A DNA stretch of 64,000 nucleotides from the NCBI GenBank assembly GCA_039189765.1, contig JBCCYL010000003.1, positions 112,706-176,705 on the forward strand, given 5' to 3'. The notes below the pieces were generated by a model. That model did not search any database. It had not been told where the DNA came from and saw nothing but the letters and a program-made list of their open reading frames with translations. Below, piece by piece: positions 26,905-37,974 of this stretch; the stretch's first letter is position 1, and the number at the start of each line of letters is the position of its first letter. A program made the translations under genes and the position numbers. Source of the DNA: Cyanobacteria bacterium P01_F01_bin.150 (GTDB lineage Bacteria > Cyanobacteriota > Cyanobacteriia > CAKZMO01).

Positions 26905-29823
26905 ATGCTTGCCCGTCCCTCGATCTTTGCCCAATTTCCCCAACTGTTGGTAACGTTGGCGGAAGCGTGTAGAGAAAACCTCGCGGATACGGTTTTTGCA
27001 GCGAAGAGGAGCCGTCGTGAAAGGAAAGCTGCAAAGCGTCGTGCCAGAGAGGCCAAAGCAGCAACCGAATCATCTAAAACCACTCCAGCTTCCACTCCAG
27101 CGGATCCAAAGGGATCTAAGCCGCCAGAACCAGAGAAGAAGAAAGAGAAGTCTACACCATCTGATGCTGAACCAGATTCTATATCCTCAGAATCCCTCGC
27201 ATCTGAGCCTTCCAAGTCCGAGCCTGGGCAGTCAAAGCCCACTGCATCTGAGAAGCCTAAGCCCGAGCCTGAGGCGGCAAAGTCTATTGAGTCTGAGGAA
27301 CCCGAGCCTGAAGCTGAGGCGGCAGAACCCGCTGCGCCTGAGGAGCCTAAGCCCGTGTCTGAGGTAGCAGAACCCACTGTTGCTGACGAGTCCGAACCTG
27401 AGGTGGCAGAGCCTATTGCATCTGACGAGCTTGAAGCTGAAGCGGAGAAACCCTCTGAGTCTGAGGAACCCGAACCTGAGGCGGCAGAGCCTATTGTATC
27501 TGAGGAGCCTGGGCCTGAGGAGGAGAAACCCTCTGAGTCTGAGGAACCCGCCGAACCCGAATCTGAGGCGGCAGAGTCCACTGTTGCTGAGGAACCCGAG
27601 CCCGAACCTGAGGCAATAGAGCCCACTGCGTCTGAAGAACCCGAACCTGAGGCAGCAGAACCCAGTGCATTTACATCATCTAAAGTGGTTCCCGAATCAG
27701 CTCCCGTTCTTTCGGAACCCAATATATCCGCGCCATCGGAAACTGAGTCCGTCCCAGAACCCGCTCCCGCAGTCTCTGATGAGTCGATTCCTTCCGTAAC
27801 TATTCCTGGTAACGTTCCTACGCCCTCAGAATCCAGTGCGCCTACGCCGCCAGAGCCCGAAAATGAGACAGCTCCCACATTTACAGAATCCCCTATTGGG
27901 TCGGCACCCCCCGAACCCGATGTGCTTTCCACCGTCGAACCAGAAGCAGAGACACGAAGAACATTTACACCCAAACCACACATTGTTGATTCTTCAGTTA
28001 CTTACTCTACCTTGGCGTCAGCATCGTCTTACAATTCAGACAATCCCCCCGGTTTGTATGATCCTGCACAGATCGATACGGAGCGCTTTAATACGTTGTT
28101 AGGCGATGCTCACATCCTTGGGTGGGTGGGGAAACCGATTGCGGACATTAATGATTTGTTTGTAAAGCATGTGGTGCTATCGGATAGCGTGGCAGAAGCT
28201 ATTGCCACTTTCCAAACCCCTGGTTTCATCGGCATACATGATTTGGACCTGGTAACCGCTCCATCTGGACAATTGGTATCTGGCCATAACCATCTTGCTC
28301 AGATTCTAGAACGAGATGGGTTACTGCTTTGCACCTTTCAATGGGACAAAGAGCGCTACGGTGAGATCTATGATACGCGGCGTCCCATTGCTGAAGAGCA
28401 GTTCAAAGAAGGGTTTATTAAAGGAGAGGCACATCATGTCGGAGCCTTAGTTCCCGCTCAGCGTCTGGGTTCCGATGGCCAAATTGTGCAGTCTTTTGCG
28501 GCCCATAATGAACCCGGAAATTACCATAACGGCATGTATGGCGATGAGGGATTTGTCACCCTCGCTCAGCGGCTGGTATTTCCCGATTTTCTAACGAGGG
28601 AGCAGGCAAGAGGCTACACCGACAGTATTATTTGCTGGATGGGCTTTTTAAATCCCTTTGTCAAATTTCCCGAGAACTATAATGGAGGAGATCCGACTAA
28701 GGTACTGGATTCTCAAAGCTTACGCACATTTTTGAAAACGGGGTTATTGGCCGCCTTGGGCGATCGCGATGCTATTGCATTTTTGAATGATCCGCTGAAT
28801 ATGACCTATTGTGCTGAGTATATGTACATCACAGTAAACTCGGTGCTGTTTCCCTTTAACCGTATTGGCCTGATGGATTTATTGGAAAATGAAGCCCAGG
28901 TCGCCCGTATTCTCAAAATACAAACTCAGCATAATCGACGTCAGCCGACTATTTTGACCCAAGCAGGCGATGATGCATTCGAAGCTGTCCTCAATCGTAC
29001 GCCCAGCAATCCTCAATTTGATGCATTCAACATTGCACTACCTGTGGTGCCTGAAGATTTACCGTCTTTAGCTCAGATGATGACAGATCATGGCCATGCC
29101 CCAGAACCCAATAGCTTACCATTTCCCTGTTTCACCATTTCTCAAATACTTCGACGGGCATTTCGAGTATTGCTACCTCGCCATAAAACCCAGCATCCCA
29201 AAGAAATGGCTGCGGCTCAAGAGCGCATGTTTCAGTATGTGGGCATTGCCCTAGGGCAACAGCTAGGGCTAGATTCTGGTCCGGAGGCCCAAGCCAGTGA
29301 TCCGGCCCTATTACGGGACAAACGACAGATGGTTCAGAAATTTATGGCGATCGTTAGCCAAGTGCTAGGACAAACTTTTGACAGAGATGAAGCCTTTGAC
29401 GCTGCCATTGATCGGCTTATGACTCAGGCCGATTCTCTGTTGGTGGGAGCAGGCGATCGCACTCGTTTTGTTCCCCCAAGGATCTATGCTGATTTAGGTC
29501 AGCAAGATGGAGATCGCAACATGCCCCAAGGATGGGGATTTAAACTAGAGACCGTGGGTGCAACCATTTCTCGCAGAGTGGTAGGAGATTTAAACCAGCG
29601 TATTCCCATTGAATGGCGCAACATCAAACTAGAAACCCCATTTATGCAGGGTGATGATGTCAAGCTATTGCAGGGAGCAATGATTCGGGCAGGGGTTTCG
29701 GTGGACGCAGACGGGTTCTTTGGACCAGCATCTGAAGCCGCCGTTAAATCCTATCAGTCGGCTTATCAGCTTCCTGTTACCGGTGTCATTGATACACAAA
29801 CTCGTCAATTCTTACTGAAATGA
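26905..29823 (+). CDS. Peptidoglycan-binding protein with a Pro/Glu-rich repeat N-terminus and a possible permuted papain-like domain
   Basis: EEPEPEAAEP repeats, HHVGAL...YCAEY motifs and a C-terminal PG_binding_1 pattern (GDDVKLLQ...DGFFGPASEAAVKSYQ...TGVID). Likely start ATG 26905. Confidence 0.75.
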   Translation: MLARPSIFAQFPQLLVTLAEACRENLADTVFAAKRSRRERKAAKRRAREAKAATESSKTTPASTPADPKGSKPPEPEKKKEKSTPSDAEPDSISSESLASEPSKSEPGQSKPTASEKPKPEPEAAKSIESEEPEPEAEAAEPAAPEEPKPVSEVAEPTVADESEPEVAEPIASDELEAEAEKPSESEEPEPEAAEPIVSEEPGPEEEKPSESEEPAEPESEAAESTVAEEPEPEPEAIEPTASEEPEPEAAEPSAFTSSKVVPESAPVLSEPNISAPSETESVPEPAPAVSDESIPSVTIPGNVPTPSESSAPTPPEPENETAPTFTESPIGSAPPEPDVLSTVEPEAETRRTFTPKPHIVDSSVTYSTLASASSYNSDNPPGLYDPAQIDTERFNTLLGDAHILGWVGKPIADINDLFVKHVVLSDSVAEAIATFQTPGFIGIHDLDLVTAPSGQLVSGHNHLAQILERDGLLLCTFQWDKERYGEIYDTRRPIAEEQFKEGFIKGEAHHVGALVPAQRLGSDGQIVQSFAAHNEPGNYHNGMYGDEGFVTLAQRLVFPDFLTREQARGYTDSIICWMGFLNPFVKFPENYNGGDPTKVLDSQSLRTFLKTGLLAALGDRDAIAFLNDPLNMTYCAEYMYITVNSVLFPFNRIGLMDLLENEAQVARILKIQTQHNRRQPTILTQAGDDAFEAVLNRTPSNPQFDAFNIALPVVPEDLPSLAQMMTDHGHAPEPNSLPFPCFTISQILRRAFRVLLPRHKTQHPKEMAAAQERMFQYVGIALGQQLGLDSGPEAQASDPALLRDKRQMVQKFMAIVSQVLGQTFDRDEAFDAAIDRLMTQADSLLVGAGDRTRFVPPRIYADLGQQDGDRNMPQGWGFKLETVGATISRRVVGDLNQRIPIEWRNIKLETPFMQGDDVKLLQGAMIRAGVSVDADGFFGPASEAAVKSYQSAYQLPVTGVIDTQTRQFLLK

Positions 29824-29858
29824 GTGTGAGTCTCTTCATCTTTCTGTGAACACTAGAG

Positions 29859-32798
29859 GTGTCCCAGGCAACAAAGGTATACACATCAATGAATCAGGCA
29901 TGGTTTCATATACGGAGATGGTGGACCCAACATCGTCTAACCAAGGGAACTAGCCCAGATTGGGAAAGTGTTGTGAGATGGCGACTGCTGCCCGGGGCAA
30001 TGGCTTCAGGGATCACGGCGATCGCCATTGTTAGCGGCATTTTAAATCCCTTAGAGAGACTGGCCCACATTGCGTTGTTTCAAATTCGAGGGTCTGTACC
30101 TTGGCATCAAGATATTGTAGTAGTTGAAGTTGATGAACCCAGTCTTAATGCGTTGGACCACTTTCCACTGTCTCGACGTCACTACGCCACCCTTTTAGAA
30201 AAAATCACCCCAGCTAATCCAACAGTAGTTGTGTTCGATATTCTTTTTATTGAACCCAGCGATGATGATGATATCTTAGCCCGAACCATGATTCATCAAG
30301 GAAACGTAATCTTGGCAGAAGCATGGGATATAGACATGAATCGGTTGCGCCCCACCTCTACCCTTAACGACGCAGCCATTATGACGGGGCATATTCTGCG
30401 AGATGATGACTCTGATGGCATCAATCGCAAGGTCCGGACAGTTGCTGGGGCTCGGCCATCCTTGGGTTTAGCCAGCTTTAATGTCCATCAGTGGGCACAA
30501 GGAACTCTTAGGCAATCTGCACATCCACCAGTTTCATTATGGATTAACTGGCCTGGCCCTGTACAAGAAGCTCCCCACTATTCGTTTACAGAGGTCATTC
30601 AGGGAAAAATTCCCACCGATGCATTCCAAAACAAAATTGTCCTAGTTGGGGTGACCGCTATCGGCCAAGATCCCTTAAAGACCCCCTATGATTGGAAACC
30701 TCCAACAGCGGGGGTCTATTTTCATGCTGCCGTATTGAATACTCTATTGCAAGACAATGGGTTACAGCTAATTGGTCATTCGAGATGGTTTATTGCCGCC
30801 TTTCTCTTTGTCGGTGGACCCAGCCTAAGTTGGCTGCTCGTGGGATGGGGACGAGGTCAACAATTTTTGGCTAGCCTTGGATTAGCAGTGGCCTGGTGTT
30901 TGCTAAGCATTGGTTTATTCCATGGTCATTACTGGATCTCCACAGTGACCCCAATGGTCTTATGTGGCTTAACTGGAGGATTCGTGACAGCGAGTGAGCA
31001 GTGGCGCACCTACTTAAAACTGCGTGACAGTGAAGAACGCTATGATTTGGCAGTCACTGGCACTAACGAAGGAATTTGGGATTGGCATGTAAAAAACAAT
31101 ACTCTATATGTTTCTCCTCGGTGGAAATCCATGGTAGGGTCTGGTGCTCAGCTATCCTTGCCCACATCTATCCCAACCAATCAGCCACCACAACGGCTCA
31201 GTTCAACAGAGCAGTACCAAAGTATGAACGATTGGCTTAATCATGTTCATCCCGATGATCTGGAGATGTTTCAATTGGCTCTTACGCGCCATTTAAATGG
31301 AAAAACCCCTTTTTTAGAGCAAGAGTACCGATTGATACATCACGATGGCTCAATTCGCTGGATGCTGATTCGAGGTATTTTGGCCCGTGATCGCCACGGT
31401 GCACCTCTACGGATGGCAGGGTCCCAAACCGACATTACTCGGCGTAAAGTGGCTGAGGCCCAGCTCGTTCAACAGGCATTTTACGATCCATTAACAAATC
31501 TGCCCAATCGGACGCTATTTTTAAAGCGATTGGAAGACGTAATCGCCGATCGTCAGTCCTCTAATAATCAGCCCTCCAATAAATGGATTAGCGTATTTTT
31601 GATCGATATCGATCGGTTTCAACTGATTAACAATAGCCTGGGTAACCAATGGGGCGATCGCCTTCTGATTGCTTTAGCCAATCGTTTCCAAGACTACTTG
31701 GAGGAAGGCGATTTAATTGCCCGTCTTGGCGGTGATGAATACGCTATTTTATCCATCCGGTTTAATCAACAGTCAGCCCAAGCCTTTGCCCAAGATCTCC
31801 AAGATAGCCTTTCCGCGCCTTTTCTAATCAATCACCGTGACGTATTTGTATCCATGAGCATAGGAATTGTGGTCAACTCTCGTCACTACAACCAGCCAGA
31901 ACATTGGCTTCGGGATGCAGATACGGCTCTATCCAATGCCAAAGCGCTTGGTAAAAGCTGCTGTAAAGTCTTTCAAAATAAAATGCGTACTGTCTTACTG
32001 AAGCGATTGGACTTGGAAAATGATTTACGACGCGTTCTTCTCCAGCCTGAATGTCCTGGTCTTTTGCTTAACTACCAACCGATTGTTTACCTGAAAACAC
32101 GAGAGATTCGTAGCTTTGAAGCATTGGTTCGATGGCAACATGCTGATCATGGTCTTATTCCACCGGGACAATTTATTCCGATGGCGGAGGAAACAGGCTT
32201 GATTGTCCCCTTGGGAGAATGGGTGTTAAGAACCTCTTGTGCTCAAATGAAACAGTGGACAACGAAGTTTTTCCAAAAGTCTTTCTTTACCATGAGCGTT
32301 AACTTAGCTAGTAAACAATGTGCATTGCCAGATTTCCCAGAATTGGTGCAGGAAATTTTAGATACGACCCAACTTGCCGCATCGTATCTCAAACTGGAAT
32401 TAACAGAAAGCGCCATCATGGACAATGCAGCTTCATTGATTGACATGCTCCATCGCTTGCGCAGTATGGGCGTACAATTAGCCATTGATGATTTTGGTAC
32501 GGGCTATTCCTCATTAAGCTATTTGCGTCGCTTTCCTGTCCATAATCTTAAAATCGATCAGTCTTTCGTGAGCAATATGGAAAATGAGGCGGATAGCGTC
32601 AAAATTATTCAAACTATTGTGGATTTAGCCCATAGCTTGGGCCTTGATGTCACCGCAGAGGGGTTAGAGACCTTAGAACATTCATCCCAGCTCAAAAGTT
32701 TGCAGTGCGAATATGGACAAGGCTATTTTTTCTCCAAACCCGTTGATGCAGCAACAGCAACTCAGCTCTTAGAAGCAGAAGCTTGTCGTGTCGCTTAG
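29859..32798 (+). CDS. CHASE2-PAS-GGDEF-EAL c-di-GMP signalling protein
   Basis: CHASE2 (DSDGINR; GVYFHA) with TM helices, PAS (VHPDD), RLGGDEY, FEALVRW and DDFGTGYSSL. Confidence 0.93.
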   Translation: MSQATKVYTSMNQAWFHIRRWWTQHRLTKGTSPDWESVVRWRLLPGAMASGITAIAIVSGILNPLERLAHIALFQIRGSVPWHQDIVVVEVDEPSLNALDHFPLSRRHYATLLEKITPANPTVVVFDILFIEPSDDDDILARTMIHQGNVILAEAWDIDMNRLRPTSTLNDAAIMTGHILRDDDSDGINRKVRTVAGARPSLGLASFNVHQWAQGTLRQSAHPPVSLWINWPGPVQEAPHYSFTEVIQGKIPTDAFQNKIVLVGVTAIGQDPLKTPYDWKPPTAGVYFHAAVLNTLLQDNGLQLIGHSRWFIAAFLFVGGPSLSWLLVGWGRGQQFLASLGLAVAWCLLSIGLFHGHYWISTVTPMVLCGLTGGFVTASEQWRTYLKLRDSEERYDLAVTGTNEGIWDWHVKNNTLYVSPRWKSMVGSGAQLSLPTSIPTNQPPQRLSSTEQYQSMNDWLNHVHPDDLEMFQLALTRHLNGKTPFLEQEYRLIHHDGSIRWMLIRGILARDRHGAPLRMAGSQTDITRRKVAEAQLVQQAFYDPLTNLPNRTLFLKRLEDVIADRQSSNNQPSNKWISVFLIDIDRFQLINNSLGNQWGDRLLIALANRFQDYLEEGDLIARLGGDEYAILSIRFNQQSAQAFAQDLQDSLSAPFLINHRDVFVSMSIGIVVNSRHYNQPEHWLRDADTALSNAKALGKSCCKVFQNKMRTVLLKRLDLENDLRRVLLQPECPGLLLNYQPIVYLKTREIRSFEALVRWQHADHGLIPPGQFIPMAEETGLIVPLGEWVLRTSCAQMKQWTTKFFQKSFFTMSVNLASKQCALPDFPELVQEILDTTQLAASYLKLELTESAIMDNAASLIDMLHRLRSMGVQLAIDDFGTGYSSLSYLRRFPVHNLKIDQSFVSNMENEADSVKIIQTIVDLAHSLGLDVTAEGLETLEHSSQLKSLQCEYGQGYFFSKPVDAATATQLLEAEACRVA

Positions 32799-32875
32799 CA
32801 TCAAAGCTCGTGTCTTTTGTAATGTCAGGGTTTTGGCTTCGTTGTAAGACAAAACAACATTAGCCATCGTGTATG

Positions 32876-32919
32876 ATTTTCAGAGGCTTGTGAATTTTCA
32901 GAGGCTTGTGAATTTTCAG
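32876..32919 (+). repeat. 18 bp tandem duplication (about 2.4 copies)
   Basis: ATTTTCAGAGGCTTGTGA x2 followed by ATTTTCAG, ending at the RBS. Confidence 0.8.
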
Positions 32920-32924
32920 GAGGA

Positions 32925-33656
32925 GTGAGGCGTAGTATGACTGATTGGGTGAGGGTAATTGTCAAAACCCCGTTTATTCAAAAATTAGAAAGTTTAGTGC
33001 CTAAATATTCGTTGGTAGGAGAATCAACCTTCTTTACAACGGAGCAGTTTCCTTGGTCAAACGATCTGGAAGCCAACTGGACCGTCATCCAACAAGAGCT
33101 GGAGCAGGTGTTTGAACATGTCAACGAACTGCCAAGCTTTCAGGACATTATGCCGCGCCAAAAGCGCATCAGCCCTGATAGCGGCTGGAAAACTTACTAT
33201 TTTTGCGCCTTTGGATTTATTGCTCAGAAGAATTGCGATCGCTGCCCTGAAACATGGAAACTGATCCAAAATATTCCAGGTCTAAAGGTCGCTTTTTTTT
33301 AGATTCTTAGTCCAGGTAAACATATTCCGCTTCATACTGGTAAGCATAAGGGGTTAATCCGCTATCATCTTGGGCTAAAGGTCCCTGAGCCAAAAGAACA
33401 ATGCCGCATTGAAGTTGGGGGCGAAATTGCCCATTGGGAAAACGGTAAAAGTCTTATTTTTGACGACACCTACCCCCATCAAGTTTGGAATGATACGGAT
33501 GGGTATCGAGCGATTCTCTTTTTGGATATTGCTCGACCCATGCGCTTTCCCATGTCACTCGTCAATTGGATTGTGTCTCAAATCCTTGCCTTCTCTCCCC
33601 TAGCGCAAGAGGCCAAAGCGAACTATCGCAATTGGGAGAAGCGGTTCGAACCTTAG
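32925..33656 (+). pseudogene. Aspartyl/asparaginyl beta-hydroxylase family (LpxO-like) gene with one in-frame TAG
   Basis: AFF*ILSPGKHIPLH...IRYHLGL...FDDTYPHQVWN...LFLD continues in frame past TAG 33300-33302 to the stop at 33654-33656. Confidence 0.85.
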
Positions 33657-33793
33657 GAAAAGTGTACAGAACCCAAAATCTATAGGAAGAGTCAGCATAG
33701 GAAGGCGATCGCTCTCTATGCTAAGTGACGAACACCCTGTAAATGCTGAACTATCACTATCACTCATCACAATTAAGCCATAAGTCAACATCA

Positions 33794-34855
33794 ATGGATT
33801 TATCAACGTATAACTGGTCTGCCCTGCTCCAACAGCTATTAGACAAAGAATCTCTTAGCAATGAACAAGCCTCAATCCTTATGCAGGGATGGCTTGCAGA
33901 AGCCGTTCCTCCAGTACTATCTGGAGCCATTCTGGCCGCCATTCAAGCCAAGGGCGTGTCGTCAGTGGAACTGGCAGGTATGGCAACGGTGCTGCAAGGA
34001 CAGTCGCGGGGCGATGCATTAGATATGGAAACACCATCTTCGCCGCTTATTGACACCTGCGGCACAGGAGGAGATGGGGCGTCCACTTTTAATATTTCCA
34101 CCACCGTTGCCTTTGTGGCGGCAGCGGCGGGTATTTCTGTAGCCAAGCATGGCAATCGTGCTGCATCCAGCAAAGTTGGCTCAGCGGATGTCCTGGAAGC
34201 CCTGGGGATTAATCTGCAAGCCCCCATTGAGACCGTTCGAGCAGCGTTGGAGCAAGTAGGAATTACCTTTTTATTTGCCCCTGGTTGGCACCCAGCGATG
34301 AAATCCGTCGTTCCTATTCGTAAAATCCTGAAGGTGCGGACAGTCTTTAACCTATTAGGTCCATTGGTGAATCCAATGCCCATTACAGGTCAAGTTATCG
34401 GAGTCTTTGATTCTAATCTTGTTGAAATTTTAGCGGGGGCGTTACAACAACTGGGGCGATCCCAAGCAATTGTGCTTCACGGCCGAGAGAAATTAGATGA
34501 AGCAGGCTTAGCGGATAAGACAGACCTTGCGATTCTTGCCAATGGCCAAGTGCAGCCCTTTATCCTCGATCCTTCAGCCCTGGGCATTACCAATGCTCCC
34601 ACCTTGGCATTAAAAGGAGGAGATGTTCCCGATAATGTTGAAATTTTATCCGCTGTTCTTCAAGGGAAAGGAACACAGGCCCAGCAGGATGTGGTGGCAC
34701 TTAATGCGGCCTTAGCGCTTACCGTCGGCCAAGCAGTTCAAGGGGATGATGTTTTAACCACCTACGCCCAAGGTGTGGCCAAAGCCCGAGAGATTCTCCA
34801 AAGCGGGGCGGCATGGGATAAGCTTCAGGAGCTTGCAGCCTTTTTTAAGGAGTAA
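33794..34855 (+). CDS. trpD: Anthranilate phosphoribosyltransferase
   Basis: [29 protein letters not shown] and [13 protein letters not shown]. Confidence 0.97.
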   Translation: MDLSTYNWSALLQQLLDKESLSNEQASILMQGWLAEAVPPVLSGAILAAIQAKGVSSVELAGMATVLQGQSRGDALDMETPSSPLIDTCGTGGDGASTFNISTTVAFVAAAAGISVAKHGNRAASSKVGSADVLEALGINLQAPIETVRAALEQVGITFLFAPGWHPAMKSVVPIRKILKVRTVFNLLGPLVNPMPITGQVIGVFDSNLVEILAGALQQLGRSQAIVLHGREKLDEAGLADKTDLAILANGQVQPFILDPSALGITNAPTLALKGGDVPDNVEILSAVLQGKGTQAQQDVVALNAALALTVGQAVQGDDVLTTYAQGVAKAREILQSGAAWDKLQELAAFFKE

Positions 34856-34882
34856 GAAATTTTGAGCTTCCATTGCAAAACA

Positions 34883-34915
34883 AAATACTGGAGAGTGCTG
34901 CACTCTCCAGTATTT
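34883..34915. terminator. Bidirectional terminator-like hairpin between trpD and crhR
   Basis: AAATACTGGAGAGTGC-T-GCACTCTCCAGTATTT. Confidence 0.7.
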
Positions 34916-35017
34916 CATAAAGCTCTCTCGGCTTGTCTTTTGAGGCAGCTTTGTGGAGCGTTCTGTGCCCCACAAAACCGTTGAGTTCGTTCTGGATTAA
35001 GTGATAAATCGGCTGCA

Positions 35018-36478
35018 TTAAGTCGATACTGACTCTGAAGACCGACTGCGCTTTTTCAAAATTGGCGCGGGCGCAGAGCCATTGCGGCGATCGCGCCCCC
35101 GGTAATTGTGGGAACGACGACGACGACGCTGACCACGATCAAAGTCATCTTGGAAGAGATTATCCTTATCATCCCCTTGCATCCAAGCAGGCCGATCCTT
35201 GTCATACACCATCTGCAACGCTGCTGCTGCAACAGTATGGGGTTCATAATTTTCAGCCAATTCAGCCACAATGGGTAGGAAGGAGGCAACTCGCTCTCCA
35301 GTCAAAACTTCCTCTAACTTTGTTTTTAATTTCTGAATATGGTGTGCTTCGATTTCAGCTCGGGTTGGAATCTTACCCCAATCAAGTTTCTGACGAATAT
35401 GCCGCTCAATAGTCTTCAGCCGATGCTTATCCAAAGGATGAACAATCGAAATCGCCATCCCTTCCTGGCCTGCCCGTCCAGTACGACCAATACGGTGAAC
35501 ATAATTTTCCACACTGTCAGGGAGGTCGTAGTTCACCACGTGGCTCAAATTATCCACATGAAGACCGCGGGCAGCAATGTCCGTAGCCACAACCCACTTC
35601 ACCTGACGCTGACGGAATCTCAACAATAGTCGTTCTCGCTGAGATTGGCTCAAATCACCATGATATTCATCAACGCTGTGACCAGCAGCCTGGAGTTGAC
35701 GGGTCAGTTCAGCCGCAGAACGCCGGGTTCGGACAAAAATTAACGCCGAGTCCGGATCCTCCATCTCAAGAATAGGGAGCAATGCCCGCCCCTTAGACCA
35801 TCCCCGAGGCACAATGTAAGCAACCTGGTTAATTCGAGTAGGTGCAGCTTTGGGCTTCTTCACTGTTACAGTGACAGGAGAGCGCAAGAACTTGGTTGCT
35901 AATGCTCTGATCTGGGGTGCCATCGTTGCTGAGAAAAAAGCCGTTTGGCGCTCAGCAGGTGCCTGGGAAAGAATAAGCTCTACGTCCTGAATAAAGCCCA
36001 TATTGAGCATTTCATCTGCTTCATCAAGCACTAGCCAACCCAAGTCATCTAAATTGAGTTCGCCTCGATTCAGGAGATCAATAACTCGCCCGGGAGTTCC
36101 AACAACAACTTGCACACCCCGACGCAGGGATTGAATTTGGCGCTCAATAGACTGTCCACCATAGACAGATAGTGTAAACAATCGGCGATCATCATTAAAA
36201 CTACGAATCGCCTGATAAACCTGTAGGGCCAATTCACGAGTAGGAGTTAATATCAGTGCTTGTACGCACTTCTTTTTGGAATCAACTAGTTCTAATAAAG
36301 GGAGTGAAAAGGCGGCTGTTTTTCCGGTTCCGGTTTGGGCTTGTCCAACCACATCTCGACCTGCCAGGATGTGGGGGATTGCCTGAGCCTGAATTTCAGT
36401 GGGGGTTGTAAATTCTAATTTTTCCAAAGCCGCAACTCTGGACTCTGATAAACCTAAGCTTTTAAAAGAAAGCTCCAT
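35018..36478 (-). CDS. crhR: DEAD-box RNA helicase
   Basis: AQTGTGKT, PTRELA, DEAD, SAT and HRIGRTGR. Lies downstream of rimO, as in the cyanobacterial rimO-crhR operon. Confidence 0.9.
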   Translation of the reverse strand: MELSFKSLGLSESRVAALEKLEFTTPTEIQAQAIPHILAGRDVVGQAQTGTGKTAAFSLPLLELVDSKKKCVQALILTPTRELALQVYQAIRSFNDDRRLFTLSVYGGQSIERQIQSLRRGVQVVVGTPGRVIDLLNRGELNLDDLGWLVLDEADEMLNMGFIQDVELILSQAPAERQTAFFSATMAPQIRALATKFLRSPVTVTVKKPKAAPTRINQVAYIVPRGWSKGRALLPILEMEDPDSALIFVRTRRSAAELTRQLQAAGHSVDEYHGDLSQSQRERLLLRFRQRQVKWVVATDIAARGLHVDNLSHVVNYDLPDSVENYVHRIGRTGRAGQEGMAISIVHPLDKHRLKTIERHIRQKLDWGKIPTRAEIEAHHIQKLKTKLEEVLTGERVASFLPIVAELAENYEPHTVAAAALQMVYDKDRPAWMQGDDKDNLFQDDFDRGQRRRRRSHNYRGRDRRNGSAPAPILKKRSRSSESVST

Positions 36479-36606
36479 CGTATCTCCTACCATATTTTAT
36501 ATAGTCTAGAAAGTCAGTCAGTTAGTTTGATTTCTCAATAGATAACGGTAAAGTTTGGTGACAACACCCATCAAGCCCAAAGGAGGCAATGGACTGGAAG
36601 AGGCAC

Positions 36607-37974
36607 CTAGGGAACAGAGACACGACGAAGCGCGCCTCTTAACTGCGCCTGGGTATCGGCAACGTGACCATACAGGTCATATACGTCAGCGTCTGTAATC
36701 AAGACAGGCAGAATTGTTCCTAGCCTGATATCACCATCGCCACGCACGTAAACCACCCCATCGACCTCAGGGGCAAACCGAGCAGATCGTCCAATGAATT
36801 CACCTGTGGACGGGTTCTCTTGCTCAATTAGGACATCTGTAACACGCCCTATTTCCGCTTGATTTTTACGCTGGGAAATGGACTGCTGAAGCTGCATCAA
36901 TCGATCCCGCCGGGCATCCATAACCGCTTGTGGGATCTGATTTGGCATCTTAGCTGCGGGTGTTCCTTCCTCCGCAGAATAAGTGAACACGCCTACATGA
37001 TCAAACTCATGCCGCTGAATAAACTGGGCCAAATGCTCAAACTGGTCGTCGGTTTCTCCTGGAAATCCAACAATTAGGGTGGTTCGCAAAACTGCATTGG
37101 GTAATGCAGCCTTGATGGACTCAATAATTTGATCATTCACCTTTCCCTGCCAGGGCCGATTCATCGACCGCAACACATCAGGATGGGAGTGCTGTAGTGG
37201 CAGGTCCAAATACGGCAGAATATTTGGAGTTTCTCTAATGACTTCAACCACCGCTGGCGTCAATCCCGTGGGATATGAATAGTGAATACGAATCCATGGA
37301 ATATGCACTTTCCCCAAAGCTCTCAGGAGTTCGGCCAAATAAGGTCGCCCGTACAAATCTAATCCGTAATTAGTGGTGATTTGAGAAATTAATACAATTT
37401 CCTGGACGCCCTCCAGAACGAGTCGCTCTGCCTCCGCAACAATGGACTCAACGGTGCGAGAACGTTGCCTCCCTCGAAGATGAGGAATAATACAAAAAGC
37501 ACAGCGATAATTACAGCCCTCTGCCACCCTTATATAAGCAGTGCCTTCCACAGTAGTGCGATAGCGAGGCACCGTCTCATCAGCAATATAAGTGGGCTTC
37601 TTAGATACCTCTGCAACACGCTCCCCAGACTCAGCTCGCTGAATAACGTCAACGATTTTGTGGTAGTCACCAGTTCCGACAACAGCCACTGCTTCCGGCA
37701 GCTCTTCCAACAGCTCCTGCCGAAAATGCTGTGCCATACAACCCGTGATAACAATCTTTTTGTTTGCTTCCGCTAAGCTAACAAGCTCCCTCACAGACTC
37801 TTCACGAGCAGCCTGAATGAAACTACAGGTATTGACAATAACGTAATCGGCTAACTCTTCATTATCATTAATCTGATACCCAGCTTGTACCAGAAGGCCC
37901 AGCATATGCTCAGTATCAATTCTATTCTTTTCGCAGCCCAGATGTGAAACAGAAACGGTTGGCTTACTACCCAT
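36607..37974 (-). CDS. rimO: Ribosomal protein S12 methylthiotransferase
   Basis: LGCEKN, NTCSFI, radical-[11 protein letters not shown] and TRAM-domain APEVDG. Confidence 0.96.
   Translation of the reverse strand: MGSKPTVSVSHLGCEKNRIDTEHMLGLLVQAGYQINDNEELADYVIVNTCSFIQAAREESVRELVSLAEANKKIVITGCMAQHFRQELLEELPEAVAVVGTGDYHKIVDVIQRAESGERVAEVSKKPTYIADETVPRYRTTVEGTAYIRVAEGCNYRCAFCIIPHLRGRQRSRTVESIVAEAERLVLEGVQEIVLISQITTNYGLDLYGRPYLAELLRALGKVHIPWIRIHYSYPTGLTPAVVEVIRETPNILPYLDLPLQHSHPDVLRSMNRPWQGKVNDQIIESIKAALPNAVLRTTLIVGFPGETDDQFEHLAQFIQRHEFDHVGVFTYSAEEGTPAAKMPNQIPQAVMDARRDRLMQLQQSISQRKNQAEIGRVTDVLIEQENPSTGEFIGRSARFAPEVDGVVYVRGDGDIRLGTILPVLITDADVYDLYGHVADTQAQLRGALRRVSVP

Noticed and set aside
27230..27660. 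Recurring GAGGAACCCGAACCTGAGGC-type DNA repeats as a possible CRISPR array
   Set aside because: In-frame, degenerate coding repeats with no unique spacers and no cas genes.
26883..27983. 366 aa Ser/Gly-rich minus-strand ORF
   Set aside because: Antisense shadow of the Pro/Glu repeat region of the + strand gene.
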